A DNA stretch of 64,000 nt from a virus (taxonomy: Duplodnaviria; Caudoviricetes), in the IMG/VR virus record IMGVR_UViG_3300045282_000227, positions 2,013-66,012 of that record. One strand, written 5' to 3'. This document shows, in pieces, positions 1-8,358 of this stretch. The translations under genes were made by a program, and so were the position numbers. The notes below the pieces were generated by a model. That model saw only the letters and a list, made by a program, of their open reading frames with translations, was not told the origin of the DNA and ran no database searches. The first letter of the stretch is position 1. The number at the start of each line of letters is the position of its first letter.

Positions 1-152
1 CAGAAACCAAAGCCAAGATAAAGATCGCACGTCAAGGAAAACAGGTTGGAAATCTAAATTCTCAATATGGTTCATTCTGGATCACCGACGGATTGATTAG
101 TAAGAAATGTGCTGGTGAAATTCCATCGGGGTGGAGAAGAGGTAGAACTTGA
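1..152 (+). CDS. 3' end of a NUMOD-type homing endonuclease (partial)
   Basis: Frame from nt 3 reads ETKAKIKIARQGKQVGNLNSQYGSFWITDG...IPSGWRRGRT*, typical NUMOD3/NUMOD1-like C-terminus of phage homing endonucleases. Confidence 0.7.
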   Translation, partial: ETKAKIKIARQGKQVGNLNSQYGSFWITDGLISKKCAGEIPSGWRRGRT

Positions 153-177
153 CATCAGCTAGGATTCATCGTACCAT
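149..177 (+). promoter_or_regulatory. sigma70-type early promoter
   Basis: TTGACA-17 nt-TACCAT. Confidence 0.65.
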
Positions 178-238
178 ATGAACTAGGCTCTCAATGCCAC
201 GAAATCTAAATATGAGTATTCAACGGAAGGAGTTTCCT

Positions 239-501
239 GTGAATCAGATGAAAGTCTATAAGGCCTCCGAAAAGGAATATTCACTTCCTCTGATAGACTG
301 ATTTTCCTAGGTAACGGCACGGCTGCGATCTGGAACGGTAAAGAAAGAAGGTTGATCCAATCTGACGTCTGCTATCGCTCACCCGATTCGCATGTCACTG
401 TAGCTAACGAAGAAATCCCATCGAAGTTGTCAGCCTCGAAGATCGAAATCGAACACATAACAAAACACAATATCAATCTACCATTCGCTTTGAATTCATA
501 G
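239..501 (+). pseudogene. Frameshifted small ORF (or programmed -1 frameshift ORF) upstream of NAD genes
   Basis: RBS+GTG at 239 opens 20 codons (stop 299-301); the -1 frame is open from ~262 to TAG 499-501 with no obvious RBS-linked start. Confidence 0.4.
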
Positions 502-514
502 GAAGGAGTTTCCA

Positions 515-1603
515 ATGAAACAATATGCAGACTTGGCCGTATTCATCGGCCGTTTTCAACCACTTCACCTCGGTCATGTTCATGCGATCAAGCAGGGTAT
601 GACTCACGCCAACCACGTGTTGGTTCTGATGGGTGACACAGGTGGTCCTCGAACAATTAAGAACCCTTGGACCTACGAGGAACGCAAGCAGATGCTCATG
701 CGTTCGCTCCCGGCCGACTGTGCTTCTGCACCTGACTGCGAGCCGCGTGTCATTATCCGTCGTCTCCAGGACTTCCGTTACCGCGACCACGAATGGCTGT
801 CTGAAGTCCATAACCTCGTGAGCTCGACGGCCGAATATCTCGGCGTCGGTGGAAACAAGCCGAAGATCATTCTCATCGGACACGAGAAAGATGCGTCGAG
901 TTTCTATCTCAAGAAGTTCCCGATGTGGGACTTCGTCGACACTGGCTTCGAAGAGTTCGATGGACAGCACCAGCGTTGCCTCGATGCCACAGTCATCCGT
1001 GACTTCATCTTCAACAAGCAACTCGGCTACACGGTCGGCGTCCTGTCACGAGAAGTCCGTGATCACATTCACTATCTAGATACCTTGGATCCGTCCATCC
1101 TCGATGGCATGCGAGTCGAGCGAGAGTTCATTCGCAAGTATCGACAGTCGTGGTCAACAGCACCATTCCCTCCGGTGTTCGTGACGACCGATGCCGTTGT
1201 CATTCAGTCCGGTCATATTCTCATGATCCGCCGGAAAGACAACCCCGGTGCTGGTCAATGGGCGCTCCCGGGTGGATTCATCGATCAAACTGAATCGATC
1301 GAAGACTGCTGCATCAGGGAACTGATCGAAGAGACCAACATTCACTTGCAACCAGAAGTCTTGAAGCGCTGCATCACCAATGTCACAGTGTTCGATCGGG
1401 CCGGCGGTGTCTCGTCGGAAGACCGCGGTCGTATCATCACCCATGCGCATCTGATCAAACTCAACGACGAGAAGGACTTTCCGAAAGTCGTCGGTGGAGA
1501 TGACGCAGCCGAAGCCGCCTGGATCTCGTTGGGTGAACTGGATCCACGCAAGATCTTTTCTGACCACAACGATATCATCAACGTGATGCTGGGAAAACTA
1601 TGA
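515..1603 (+). CDS. nadM: Bifunctional NMN adenylyltransferase / Nudix ADP-ribose pyrophosphatase (NadM-Nudix, NatV-like)
   Basis: IGRFQPLHLGH (HxGH) motif; C-terminal Nudix box ALPGGF...RELIEETN; GGDDAAEA. Confidence 0.95.
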   Translation: MKQYADLAVFIGRFQPLHLGHVHAIKQGMTHANHVLVLMGDTGGPRTIKNPWTYEERKQMLMRSLPADCASAPDCEPRVIIRRLQDFRYRDHEWLSEVHNLVSSTAEYLGVGGNKPKIILIGHEKDASSFYLKKFPMWDFVDTGFEEFDGQHQRCLDATVIRDFIFNKQLGYTVGVLSREVRDHIHYLDTLDPSILDGMRVEREFIRKYRQSWSTAPFPPVFVTTDAVVIQSGHILMIRRKDNPGAGQWALPGGFIDQTESIEDCCIRELIEETNIHLQPEVLKRCITNVTVFDRAGGVSSEDRGRIITHAHLIKLNDEKDFPKVVGGDDAAEAAWISLGELDPRKIFSDHNDIINVMLGKL

Positions 1604-1818
1604 AAATCTATCTGATGGAAAAGGCTTGGTGCGATCCTCTGGAGAACAGGAACGACTTCGGATACAAGATGGTCGGCTATGTTGGCAGTGAAGACGTGGC
1701 CAAAGAGATCGTTGCCGAAGCTGGTTTTCTCCGTGGCGATGAGACCTGGTCACTCAGCTTCGCAAAGCCAAACACAATCCCAGTAATGCGTTATTCAGAA
1801 CTGATGCCGTACAAGTAA
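1600..1818 (+). CDS. Hypothetical protein
   Basis: ATGA overlap with nadM; fills operon. Confidence 0.7.
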   Translation: MKIYLMEKAWCDPLENRNDFGYKMVGYVGSEDVAKEIVAEAGFLRGDETWSLSFAKPNTIPVMRYSELMPYK

Positions 1819-1829
1819 GGAGTGTTCCG

Positions 1830-2033
1830 ATGGGAATGGCAACATCAGACGACGAAGAAAAGATCTACCGAGATCATGCTCGGAAGAAACACTTGAAGGA
1901 CATTCCCAAGAATCCTAACACATGGGATCACCGTGCGACGGAAGATGAACGTGCATATTACATACACGATCTAGAAGAGTGGGCGGCGAATTTGCCAGAC
2001 GACCGCGCGTGGGAAAACTACGGCAATCGATAA
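1830..2033 (+). CDS. Hypothetical protein
   Basis: AAGGAG RBS; fills operon. Confidence 0.7.
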   Translation: MGMATSDDEEKIYRDHARKKHLKDIPKNPNTWDHRATEDERAYYIHDLEEWAANLPDDRAWENYGNR

Positions 2034-2055
2034 ACATCACAGGAAGGAGTTTCCT

Positions 2056-3489
2056 ATGAACCAGATTCTCAGCACTGACAGTTACAAGTTCTCCCATTTC
2101 ATGCAGTATCCACCGGGAACGACAGACGTCTCGAGTTACATCGAGGCCCGTGGAACCAAGTTACCGAACGTCAAGGAGCTCGTCTTCCTTGGACTTCAGA
2201 GTTACATCAAAGACCGTCTCATGAAGCCGGTCACCATGGCCGATGTACGTGAAGCCGAAACATTCTGTTCCAAACACGGAGTTCCATTCAATGTCGAAGG
2301 TTGGACGACCATCGTTCGAGATCATGGCGGATTTCTTCCGATCAAGATCACTGCAGTACCAGAGGGCACGGTTGTTCCACTTGGAAATATGCTTGTACAA
2401 GTTCACACTCTGGACGAGCGCTTGCCTTGGTTGACCAGCTATGTCGAGACGGACATCTTGCGTTACGTCTGGTATCCGAGCACAGTCGGAACTGTGAGCC
2501 GCGAGATCAAGAAGATCATCAAGGCTGGCCTCGATGTGAGCTCAGACATTCCAGATGTCGTCCTTCCGTTCAAGTTGCATGACTTCGGCTACCGAGGCGT
2601 CTCGAGCACCGAATCGGCTGCACGTGGTGGCTTTGCGCATCTCGTGAACTTCCTCGGGACCGACACCGTCGCTGGCATCGAACATGCGATTGAGTTCTAT
2701 GACGCAGATGTCTGTGCATATTCGATCAGTGCTTCCGAGCATAGCACGATGACCTCGTGGGGTCAGGATTACGAATACGAAGCCTACGCGAACATGGTGA
2801 AGCAGTATGCCAAGAAGGGCGCCATTTTCGCGTGTGTCATTGACAGTTACGACACATTGAACGCCATAGACCTCTGGACACTGCCGCAACGGGGCCAGAA
2901 GAGCCTGACCGATCAAGTCAAGGAAGCCGGTGCAACGGTCGTCCTGCGTCCCGACTCTGGTCATCCGGTTGACATGCCGGTTCTGGTCGTGGACACTTTG
3001 CTGCGGCGCTTGAGGAAGGAAGGCAAAGTCAACGAGAAGGGCTTCGCGGTTCTCCCAGATCATGTTCGTGTCATCCAGGGCGACGGCATCGACATGCACG
3101 ACGTCAAGAACATTCTCGACAAACTAATCGCCGCAAAGAACAGTACCGAAAACATCGGCTTCGGCATGGGTGGTGGTCTGCTCCAGAAGTGCGACCGCGA
3201 CACATTCAAGTTCGCAATGAAGTGCAACGCGATCGAGATCGACGGTGAATGGCGTGCAGTATTCAAGGATCCGATCACCGACAAGGGCAAGGCTTCCAAG
3301 CGCGGACGCCAGGTTCTCCTGCGCCACAAGGAGACGAAGGAGTTCGTGACCGTGCGTGTCGAGTTGGGTGCTGATCTACGACTCGGTGGTTGGATCTCTG
3401 CAACCGAAGTGATGTTCAGTTCATATGCCGGGACAGTGAGGACCAATTTCACGACACTTGACAAGATTCGTGAAAGGGCGGCACTCTAA
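2056..3489 (+). CDS. nadV: Nicotinamide phosphoribosyltransferase
   Basis: TDSYKFSH, LHDFGYRG, SISASEHS, VLRPDSG, IQGDG, GFGMGGGLLQ, KDPITDKGKASKRG motifs. Confidence 0.97.
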   Translation: MNQILSTDSYKFSHFMQYPPGTTDVSSYIEARGTKLPNVKELVFLGLQSYIKDRLMKPVTMADVREAETFCSKHGVPFNVEGWTTIVRDHGGFLPIKITAVPEGTVVPLGNMLVQVHTLDERLPWLTSYVETDILRYVWYPSTVGTVSREIKKIIKAGLDVSSDIPDVVLPFKLHDFGYRGVSSTESAARGGFAHLVNFLGTDTVAGIEHAIEFYDADVCAYSISASEHSTMTSWGQDYEYEAYANMVKQYAKKGAIFACVIDSYDTLNAIDLWTLPQRGQKSLTDQVKEAGATVVLRPDSGHPVDMPVLVVDTLLRRLRKEGKVNEKGFAVLPDHVRVIQGDGIDMHDVKNILDKLIAAKNSTENIGFGMGGGLLQKCDRDTFKFAMKCNAIEIDGEWRAVFKDPITDKGKASKRGRQVLLRHKETKEFVTVRVELGADLRLGGWISATEVMFSSYAGTVRTNFTTLDKIRERAAL

Positions 3490-3498
3490 ATACTAGAC

Positions 3499-3572
3499 GC
3501 TCTGTTAGTATAGTGGTAGTACAGGTGTTTCGTAAGCACTTGGCGTAGGTTCGATTCCTACACGGAGCTCCA
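3499..3572 (+). tRNA. tRNA-Thr(CGT)
   Basis: Cloverleaf: acceptor GCTCTGT/ACGGAGC, anticodon arm GGTGT-TTCGTAA-GCACT, T arm GTAGG-TTCGATT-CCTAC, encoded CCA; TAAATA late-type box at 3487-3492. Confidence 0.93.
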
Positions 3573-3594
3573 ATTGACATTGAGGAGAAGTGAT

Positions 3595-3807
3595 ATGAAG
3601 CTGTCGTTCGTCGGCGTCGTTCTAGGTTTCGTCCTTGGAGTATCGAGCACAGTTCTCGCTACCACCGATCACTTCACCATCAACGGTGACAATCAATGCG
3701 ATCACTATACAATGGTCGTCGTGGCAACAGGTGAAGCCAATGCACAAGGCAAGCGCTATCCGGCCATGGAAGTCCTCTTGGTACCAAAGTGTGGGCGTTC
3801 TGCATAG
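3595..3807 (+). CDS. Small exported protein with signal peptide
   Basis: GAGGAG RBS; MKLSFVGVVLGFVLGVSSTVLA hydrophobic N-terminus. Confidence 0.65.
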   Translation: MKLSFVGVVLGFVLGVSSTVLATTDHFTINGDNQCDHYTMVVVATGEANAQGKRYPAMEVLLVPKCGRSA

Positions 3808-3813
3808 AAACAC

Positions 3814-3842
3814 TTGACTTCTTCCACGTAACACTATATCAT
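3814..3842 (+). promoter_or_regulatory. sigma70-type early promoter
   Basis: TTGACT-17-TATCAT; ATG 7 nt downstream. Confidence 0.75.
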
Positions 3843-3848
3843 CGTTGT

Positions 3849-4277
3849 ATGAATAAGAGCTTCAATATGCACTCACTCAGGAAGTTCTGGTACGAACAGA
3901 TTTCGTGTCGCATCTGGCCACGTCAGAAGTGGTTGACGAAGCAGATTCCCAAGACCTGGCAAGACAAGGATGGACTCATCGAGGATCTTGTCTTTGCGTG
4001 CCTGGTCAACTTCTGGGAAGCTGAGGACGGCGAAGAGTCCCTCCGTCTTCAGTATATCGATCCTGACAATCGTCTCAGTGATGAGCGACGTGCAAAATTC
4101 CGCGACATCTACCAGAGACTGAACAAAGCCTACTTCTGGGCGGTCTCTCGTAAGGCATTGTGGGACGACCCAACTCTTTCACCGAAGGAATTGGTCGAGC
4201 AAGAAGCTGTTCTCACCGAGAAAGATTCGTATTTTCTCAAAGAAATCATCGAACTACGTGAATACCTCTGGACCTAG
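3849..4277 (+). CDS. Hypothetical protein
   Basis: ORF directly after promoter; start reassigned to ATG 3849. Confidence 0.7.
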   Translation: MNKSFNMHSLRKFWYEQISCRIWPRQKWLTKQIPKTWQDKDGLIEDLVFACLVNFWEAEDGEESLRLQYIDPDNRLSDERRAKFRDIYQRLNKAYFWAVSRKALWDDPTLSPKELVEQEAVLTEKDSYFLKEIIELREYLWT

Positions 4278-4288
4278 GAGAATTGAAC

Positions 4289-4522
4289 ATGAGTGTCACT
4301 GACCAGCCGATCGAAGAGCTCGACAAGATCAAGCAGCTCGAAGCCATCGTCGAGAAGATTTCGGCTCTCGATACACAGAGAGGCAAGGCTATCGACGAGA
4401 TCAACGACGCACTCCAAGGCGTCGAAATCACCGAGGAGCTGCAAGATCGCCTCCAAGACCTCGCCTACGACATCGGCATGGAATGGGACGGCGAGCAGTT
4501 CTGGGAACCGTCGACCTGCTAA
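4289..4522 (+). CDS. Acidic helical protein ending in WxxSxC (QFWEPSTC)
   Basis: AGGAG RBS; see findings. Confidence 0.8.
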   Translation: MSVTDQPIEELDKIKQLEAIVEKISALDTQRGKAIDEINDALQGVEITEELQDRLQDLAYDIGMEWDGEQFWEPSTC

Positions 4523-4532
4523 GGAGCAGAAC

Positions 4533-4766
4533 ATGAGCGAGAAACTTGAAAGGCTTCACCTGATCGCCGATCAACTTCGGGCACTTCAAGTCCAGAAGAA
4601 CGACATCGTCCGCGAGTTGAAAGAGCAGACGAAGGACCTCGACGTGAGCGCGGAGACCGAGGAGAACGAAGAGCTCTTGGACGTCTTGGAAGACATTGCG
4701 TCCTGGGCCGATCTGGAACTGTCAACCCGTTCAAAGGTACAATTCTGGAAACCGTCAAGCTGCTAA
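4533..4766 (+). CDS. Acidic helical protein ending in WxxSxC (QFWKPSSC)
   Basis: AAGGAG RBS before ATG 4533; paralog of preceding ORF. Confidence 0.8.
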   Translation: MSEKLERLHLIADQLRALQVQKNDIVRELKEQTKDLDVSAETEENEELLDVLEDIASWADLELSTRSKVQFWKPSSC

Positions 4767-4771
4767 GGTGC

Positions 4772-4800
4772 TTGACATCTGAGTAACATTATCGTACAAT
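4772..4800 (+). promoter_or_regulatory. sigma70-type early promoter
   Basis: TTGACA-17-TACAAT; shares ACATTATCGTACAATC with the promoter at 14008. Confidence 0.8.
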
Positions 4801-4829
4801 CTGGTTACGTTAACCAGTGGGACAGAACG

Positions 4830-5018
4830 ATGAACAAGAAAGCCAAACTTGATGCTATCGTTGAAGGCCTGGCCGAAGCTGCACAGGCCGGTGATGTTGA
4901 GGTTCTCGGCCTCCCGAAAGAAGATCCACAGTGGGAAGCTTCAGACTGCATCGAAGAATGGTACCAGTCCGATTCGTGCACCGACGAATCCATCCTCTGG
5001 CAAAACTCAGGTTGCTAA
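4830..5018 (+). CDS. Small protein with three tandem WxxSxC-like motifs
   Basis: WEASDC, WYQSDSC, WQNSGC-stop. Confidence 0.75.
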   Translation: MNKKAKLDAIVEGLAEAAQAGDVEVLGLPKEDPQWEASDCIEEWYQSDSCTDESILWQNSGC

Positions 5019-5022
5019 AACC

Positions 5023-5496
5023 ATGAAGAAGATTGACGAACAAGAGTTACGTGACTTCATGATCAATATGAGTCCTGAGACCAAGATTTACTTTGGTGCA
5101 GACTCGGAGCGATTCAAGCAGAACGGAAGATGGTTCGCAAAGATCGTCACGGTCATCGTCGTGCACATCGAAGGTTGCAAGGGTTGCAAGATCTTTGCCG
5201 AGTCGACTACAATTCCTGACATCGACAAGGACTCAAGCAAGCCCTTCCAGAGAATGATGGCCGAAGCATCTGCCGTGGCTGACCTGCACGCTCGCTTCAA
5301 GGACGTCTTCTATGACTTCGAAGTCTCGATCCACTTGGACGTCAACCCTCGCAAGACAGCTGGTTCAAGTGTCGCGAAAGAAGCCGCCGTTGGATACATC
5401 AAGGCAATGACTCAGGTCACTCCTGAGTTGAAGCCTCTGGCATTCGCTGCATCATACGCTGCCGACCGTAGCGTCGACCTTGGGATATGCAAATGA
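5023..5496 (+). CDS. RNase H-like YkuK/DUF458 family protein
   Basis: KIYFGADS...VIVVH...RMMAEA...IHLDVN...KPLAFAASYAAD pattern. Confidence 0.8.
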   Translation: MKKIDEQELRDFMINMSPETKIYFGADSERFKQNGRWFAKIVTVIVVHIEGCKGCKIFAESTTIPDIDKDSSKPFQRMMAEASAVADLHARFKDVFYDFEVSIHLDVNPRKTAGSSVAKEAAVGYIKAMTQVTPELKPLAFAASYAADRSVDLGICK

Positions 5497-6041
5497 GTGA
5501 TCTCACAACACAAATCAACAACTGCGAATCGTTGCTGAAATTCTTAGATCAGATCATCCCGTCTTCTTTCAATGGCGGAATGTTCAGCAAGCGCGATGTG
5601 ACTGCTGGCTGTGCAATTCACTGGGCATACAAGTCGAGAAAACTGACGCTCGGCGTACTGTCGGCCATATCCAACTCGCGTGAAACGGGTGGTGGTGTAA
5701 TTTCGGAACCAGAAGTCATTGCTGCTTTCGAAGAGAGCTATGGACAAGGATCACCCGATCTCTTCGATAACATTGCGTGTCACTGTGGAAAGGACATCAA
5801 CGAGTTCCGAACCTGTCTCAAAGAACACATACAAGATCTGAGAAATAGGCGACGCACCAAGAGCTGGGAGGAACCCGAAGTCAAAGTTCCTTGGAATTCG
5901 AGCTTCGTCGTTCGATACAATGATGTACAATATCTATTCACCGATCGCAAGGTGATGGATGCTGAATTGGCAATCCTAAAGAAATTCCGTCCAGATGCCA
6001 ATCCAAAGATCTTCGAATACCAGTTGGTGGAAGTCAAATGA
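5493..6041 (+). CDS. Hypothetical protein
   Basis: ATGA-coupled ORF. Confidence 0.65.
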   Translation: MSDLTTQINNCESLLKFLDQIIPSSFNGGMFSKRDVTAGCAIHWAYKSRKLTLGVLSAISNSRETGGGVISEPEVIAAFEESYGQGSPDLFDNIACHCGKDINEFRTCLKEHIQDLRNRRRTKSWEEPEVKVPWNSSFVVRYNDVQYLFTDRKVMDAELAILKKFRPDANPKIFEYQLVEVK

Positions 6042-6460
6042 TTGTGAACTGGAAGAAGGACTCTTTTGTTAACGAGGAGGAAGAGTTCCAGCTCGTTGCT
6101 ACCGAACTGACCAAGAGTTCGGACCACAAAGAGTGGACTCGGAACTTCGAGAAACTGAAGTCGGCCTATCGAAACGGCAAGTTCATGAAACTCTCCGATG
6201 CTTTCTGGCGCCGCCTCGAGAACACCGATTCCTTCAAAGTCAAGACGATGAAGGATATCGAGAAGTTCATCACCACGAATTCTGGTGATTCTGGTGCGCG
6301 TGACATCTACGAGGTGATCAAAGAGATCGTCTCTGGCGTCTGTCGTGCACCGATCGTCATGAAGAAAGACAGCAAGTACACCTTGGTCGCCGGCAATGCA
6401 CGGCTCATGGCAGCAAGACTCTTGGGAATCAGACCAGACGTCATCGTGATGGCGATCTGA
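6038..6460 (+). CDS. ParB/Srx N-terminal-like domain protein
   Basis: APIVMK...YTLVAGNARLMAARLLG resembles the ParB GxxRxxA box. Confidence 0.7.
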   Translation: MIVNWKKDSFVNEEEEFQLVATELTKSSDHKEWTRNFEKLKSAYRNGKFMKLSDAFWRRLENTDSFKVKTMKDIEKFITTNSGDSGARDIYEVIKEIVSGVCRAPIVMKKDSKYTLVAGNARLMAARLLGIRPDVIVMAI

Positions 6461-6468
6461 CATTTTAC

Positions 6469-6497
6469 TTGACTCCACTCGTCAGACATTATACTAT
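6469..6497 (+). promoter_or_regulatory. sigma70-type early promoter
   Basis: TTGACT-17-TACTAT. Confidence 0.7.
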
Positions 6498-6522
6498 GTC
6501 AAGACGTAGAGAGGTGTCAGAT

Positions 6523-6681
6523 ATGAATCGCAGTGAGCAGCAAAACAAAGAGATCGAAAGTATCCGGTGGCAACTGGAGCAACTTCGAGCAGACGGTTTC
6601 AACGAGGATAGTGAGCAGGTCTCGTATCTTGAAGATCGTTTGAACGTCCTCTTGTACTGCCAAGACCTGTACCCAGCATGA
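6523..6681 (+). CDS. Hypothetical protein
   Basis: GAGGT RBS before ATG 6523. Confidence 0.6.
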   Translation: MNRSEQQNKEIESIRWQLEQLRADGFNEDSEQVSYLEDRLNVLLYCQDLYPA

Positions 6682-6953
6682 GGCGCGTCGTCTGTGCTGC
6701 CAATCGGTTTGAAAAGGTCATTGTCGTCGGACCCAGACATTATGACATGACGATGCATCGTCAGATCGAGAAGTACAGGTTCGTCGGTGTCATCAGCAAT
6801 CGTGAATGCCCTGAACAAGGCTTCATCGACCAGCATGGTGTGTTCATGGATCGGAAAGAAGCACTTGAAGTGGCTCTGGCGGCTGGACAGATATTGGATA
6901 TCAAGAAGAAGTGTCACCCCACCAACGAACTCTTCTCTGAAGACATCTACTGA
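6678..6953 (+). CDS. Conserved phage hypothetical protein
   Basis: CAANR..GPRH..QGFIDQHG.FMDRKEA..LFSEDIY pattern recalled from many myophage ORFs. Confidence 0.75.
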   Translation: MRRVVCAANRFEKVIVVGPRHYDMTMHRQIEKYRFVGVISNRECPEQGFIDQHGVFMDRKEALEVALAAGQILDIKKKCHPTNELFSEDIY

Positions 6954-6954
6954 C

Positions 6955-7728
6955 ATGAGCATCAAATTCGGTCTAGCATCCGACCTCCACATGGACTTCA
7001 AGCCATTGAACCCCGAGTTCTTTGACTGGCGTGGTGATGTCTTGCTCTTGGCTGGTGACCTCGCCGAAGAGGCGCACCTGTGCAAGCAGAAAGGTTTCTG
7101 GGAGAAGGTATCCCAGATGGCCGATCAGGTCCTTGTCATCGCTGGCAACCATGAACATTACCGTGGCGCCATCGACAAGACACACAAGCACGTTAGTGCT
7201 GCGATCAGTGGTCATCGGAACATCTGCTTCATGGAAGATGCATTCTTCCATCTCGACAGTGTCATCGTGTTCGGTTCGACCTTCTGGTCTGACCTGAGCA
7301 ACCCACTGTCTGCCTTGCACGTCGAAGGCGGTCTGAACGACTACAAGCAGATTCGTGTGGCCGCGAGGAACTATTCGCGACTCAGGACTCACGACACGAA
7401 TAGCAGGCACCAGAAGTCCAAGTATATCTTGGACGAGATACTGAATAAGAATGCCGACACTGACTTCGTGGTGATGACACATCACGCGCCGAGCTTCCAG
7501 AGCATTCACCCAGATTTCAAGTCTGACCACCGCAATGCAGGATATGCAACCGAGTTGTATGACTGGGTCGCCAACCGCAAGAACATCAAGGCTTGGGTCC
7601 ACGGTCACATCCACTACAAGTTCGATTACATGATCGAACAGTGTCGCGTGATGTGCAATGCTCGTGGTTATCCGAACGAGCGTCCGTCTTTCCTTCCACC
7701 GTATCAACCCTTCGACTTCGAGGTGTAA
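6955..7728 (+). CDS. Calcineurin-like metallophosphoesterase
   Basis: SDLH, LAGDL, AGNHE, THHAP, HGHIH motifs. Confidence 0.92.
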   Translation: MSIKFGLASDLHMDFKPLNPEFFDWRGDVLLLAGDLAEEAHLCKQKGFWEKVSQMADQVLVIAGNHEHYRGAIDKTHKHVSAAISGHRNICFMEDAFFHLDSVIVFGSTFWSDLSNPLSALHVEGGLNDYKQIRVAARNYSRLRTHDTNSRHQKSKYILDEILNKNADTDFVVMTHHAPSFQSIHPDFKSDHRNAGYATELYDWVANRKNIKAWVHGHIHYKFDYMIEQCRVMCNARGYPNERPSFLPPYQPFDFEV

Positions 7729-7836
7729 TATGCTTGACAAATTCAACCAGGTCATCGACTATCTGTGGATGGGCTTCTTCCGCGTGATCGTCGCATGTGG
7801 TCCAGACGACTACAAGAAGAAGATGAAGGACCTTGG

Positions 7837-8358
7837 ATGGCCTCAGTGAGATGGTATTCGACCGAGTATAACGAGCCGCTCGATGGGCAGAATTATGGCT
7901 CTGGTTGCTATGCCACCGCCGAGACACTCGCCGATGTCGTGAACAAGCGCGGCCTCGGCGAACGCCAGATGTTCGCGTCTGATGTCTATCCAGAGAGGGG
8001 TTGGCCGCTTCCTTCGAAGACCATCAAGGAATTGCATCTCGGCGCACCCGTGTCGACCCTGAAAGAACTCTTACACACTGCCATGTGGGTGGGTTACCAG
8101 GCCACCAAAGCTGATCCCAAGGGCGTCGACCTAGCATTCGGCGACAAAGGGGTCGTCCACGAGTTGGTCCATATCATCAACGATCTTGGCTTCACGGACT
8201 ACGAATACCGAGAACTCCACAAACACTGCCTCGAACTTGAATTGCTGGTGCCAGGCTTGTTGAACGAAGCCGAACAGACAGAGCATTGGTTTGAGTTGAC
8301 ATCCGAGTCAAGGCGTCGTACAATAAATCAAACCAAGGAATCAAATGAATCAGTTTGA
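7837..8358 (+). CDS. Hypothetical protein
   Basis: ORF with AAGGA RBS. Confidence 0.6.
   Translation: MASVRWYSTEYNEPLDGQNYGSGCYATAETLADVVNKRGLGERQMFASDVYPERGWPLPSKTIKELHLGAPVSTLKELLHTAMWVGYQATKADPKGVDLAFGDKGVVHELVHIINDLGFTDYEYRELHKHCLELELLVPGLLNEAEQTEHWFELTSESRRRTINQTKESNESV
8296..8324 (+). promoter_or_regulatory. sigma70-type early promoter
   Basis: TTGACA-17-TACAAT. Confidence 0.75.

Noticed and set aside
178-514. Known NAD+ riboswitch upstream of nadM
   Set aside because: I cannot match a known riboswitch consensus by eye; reported only as an RBS hairpin and inverted repeat. An Infernal/Rfam search would decide
4293-4532. N-terminal extensions in the ORF track (4293, 4849, 6787, 16149, 22360, 42526, 56339, 40708)
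   Set aside because: They overlap upstream genes; RBS or stop-start coupling supports the later starts used here
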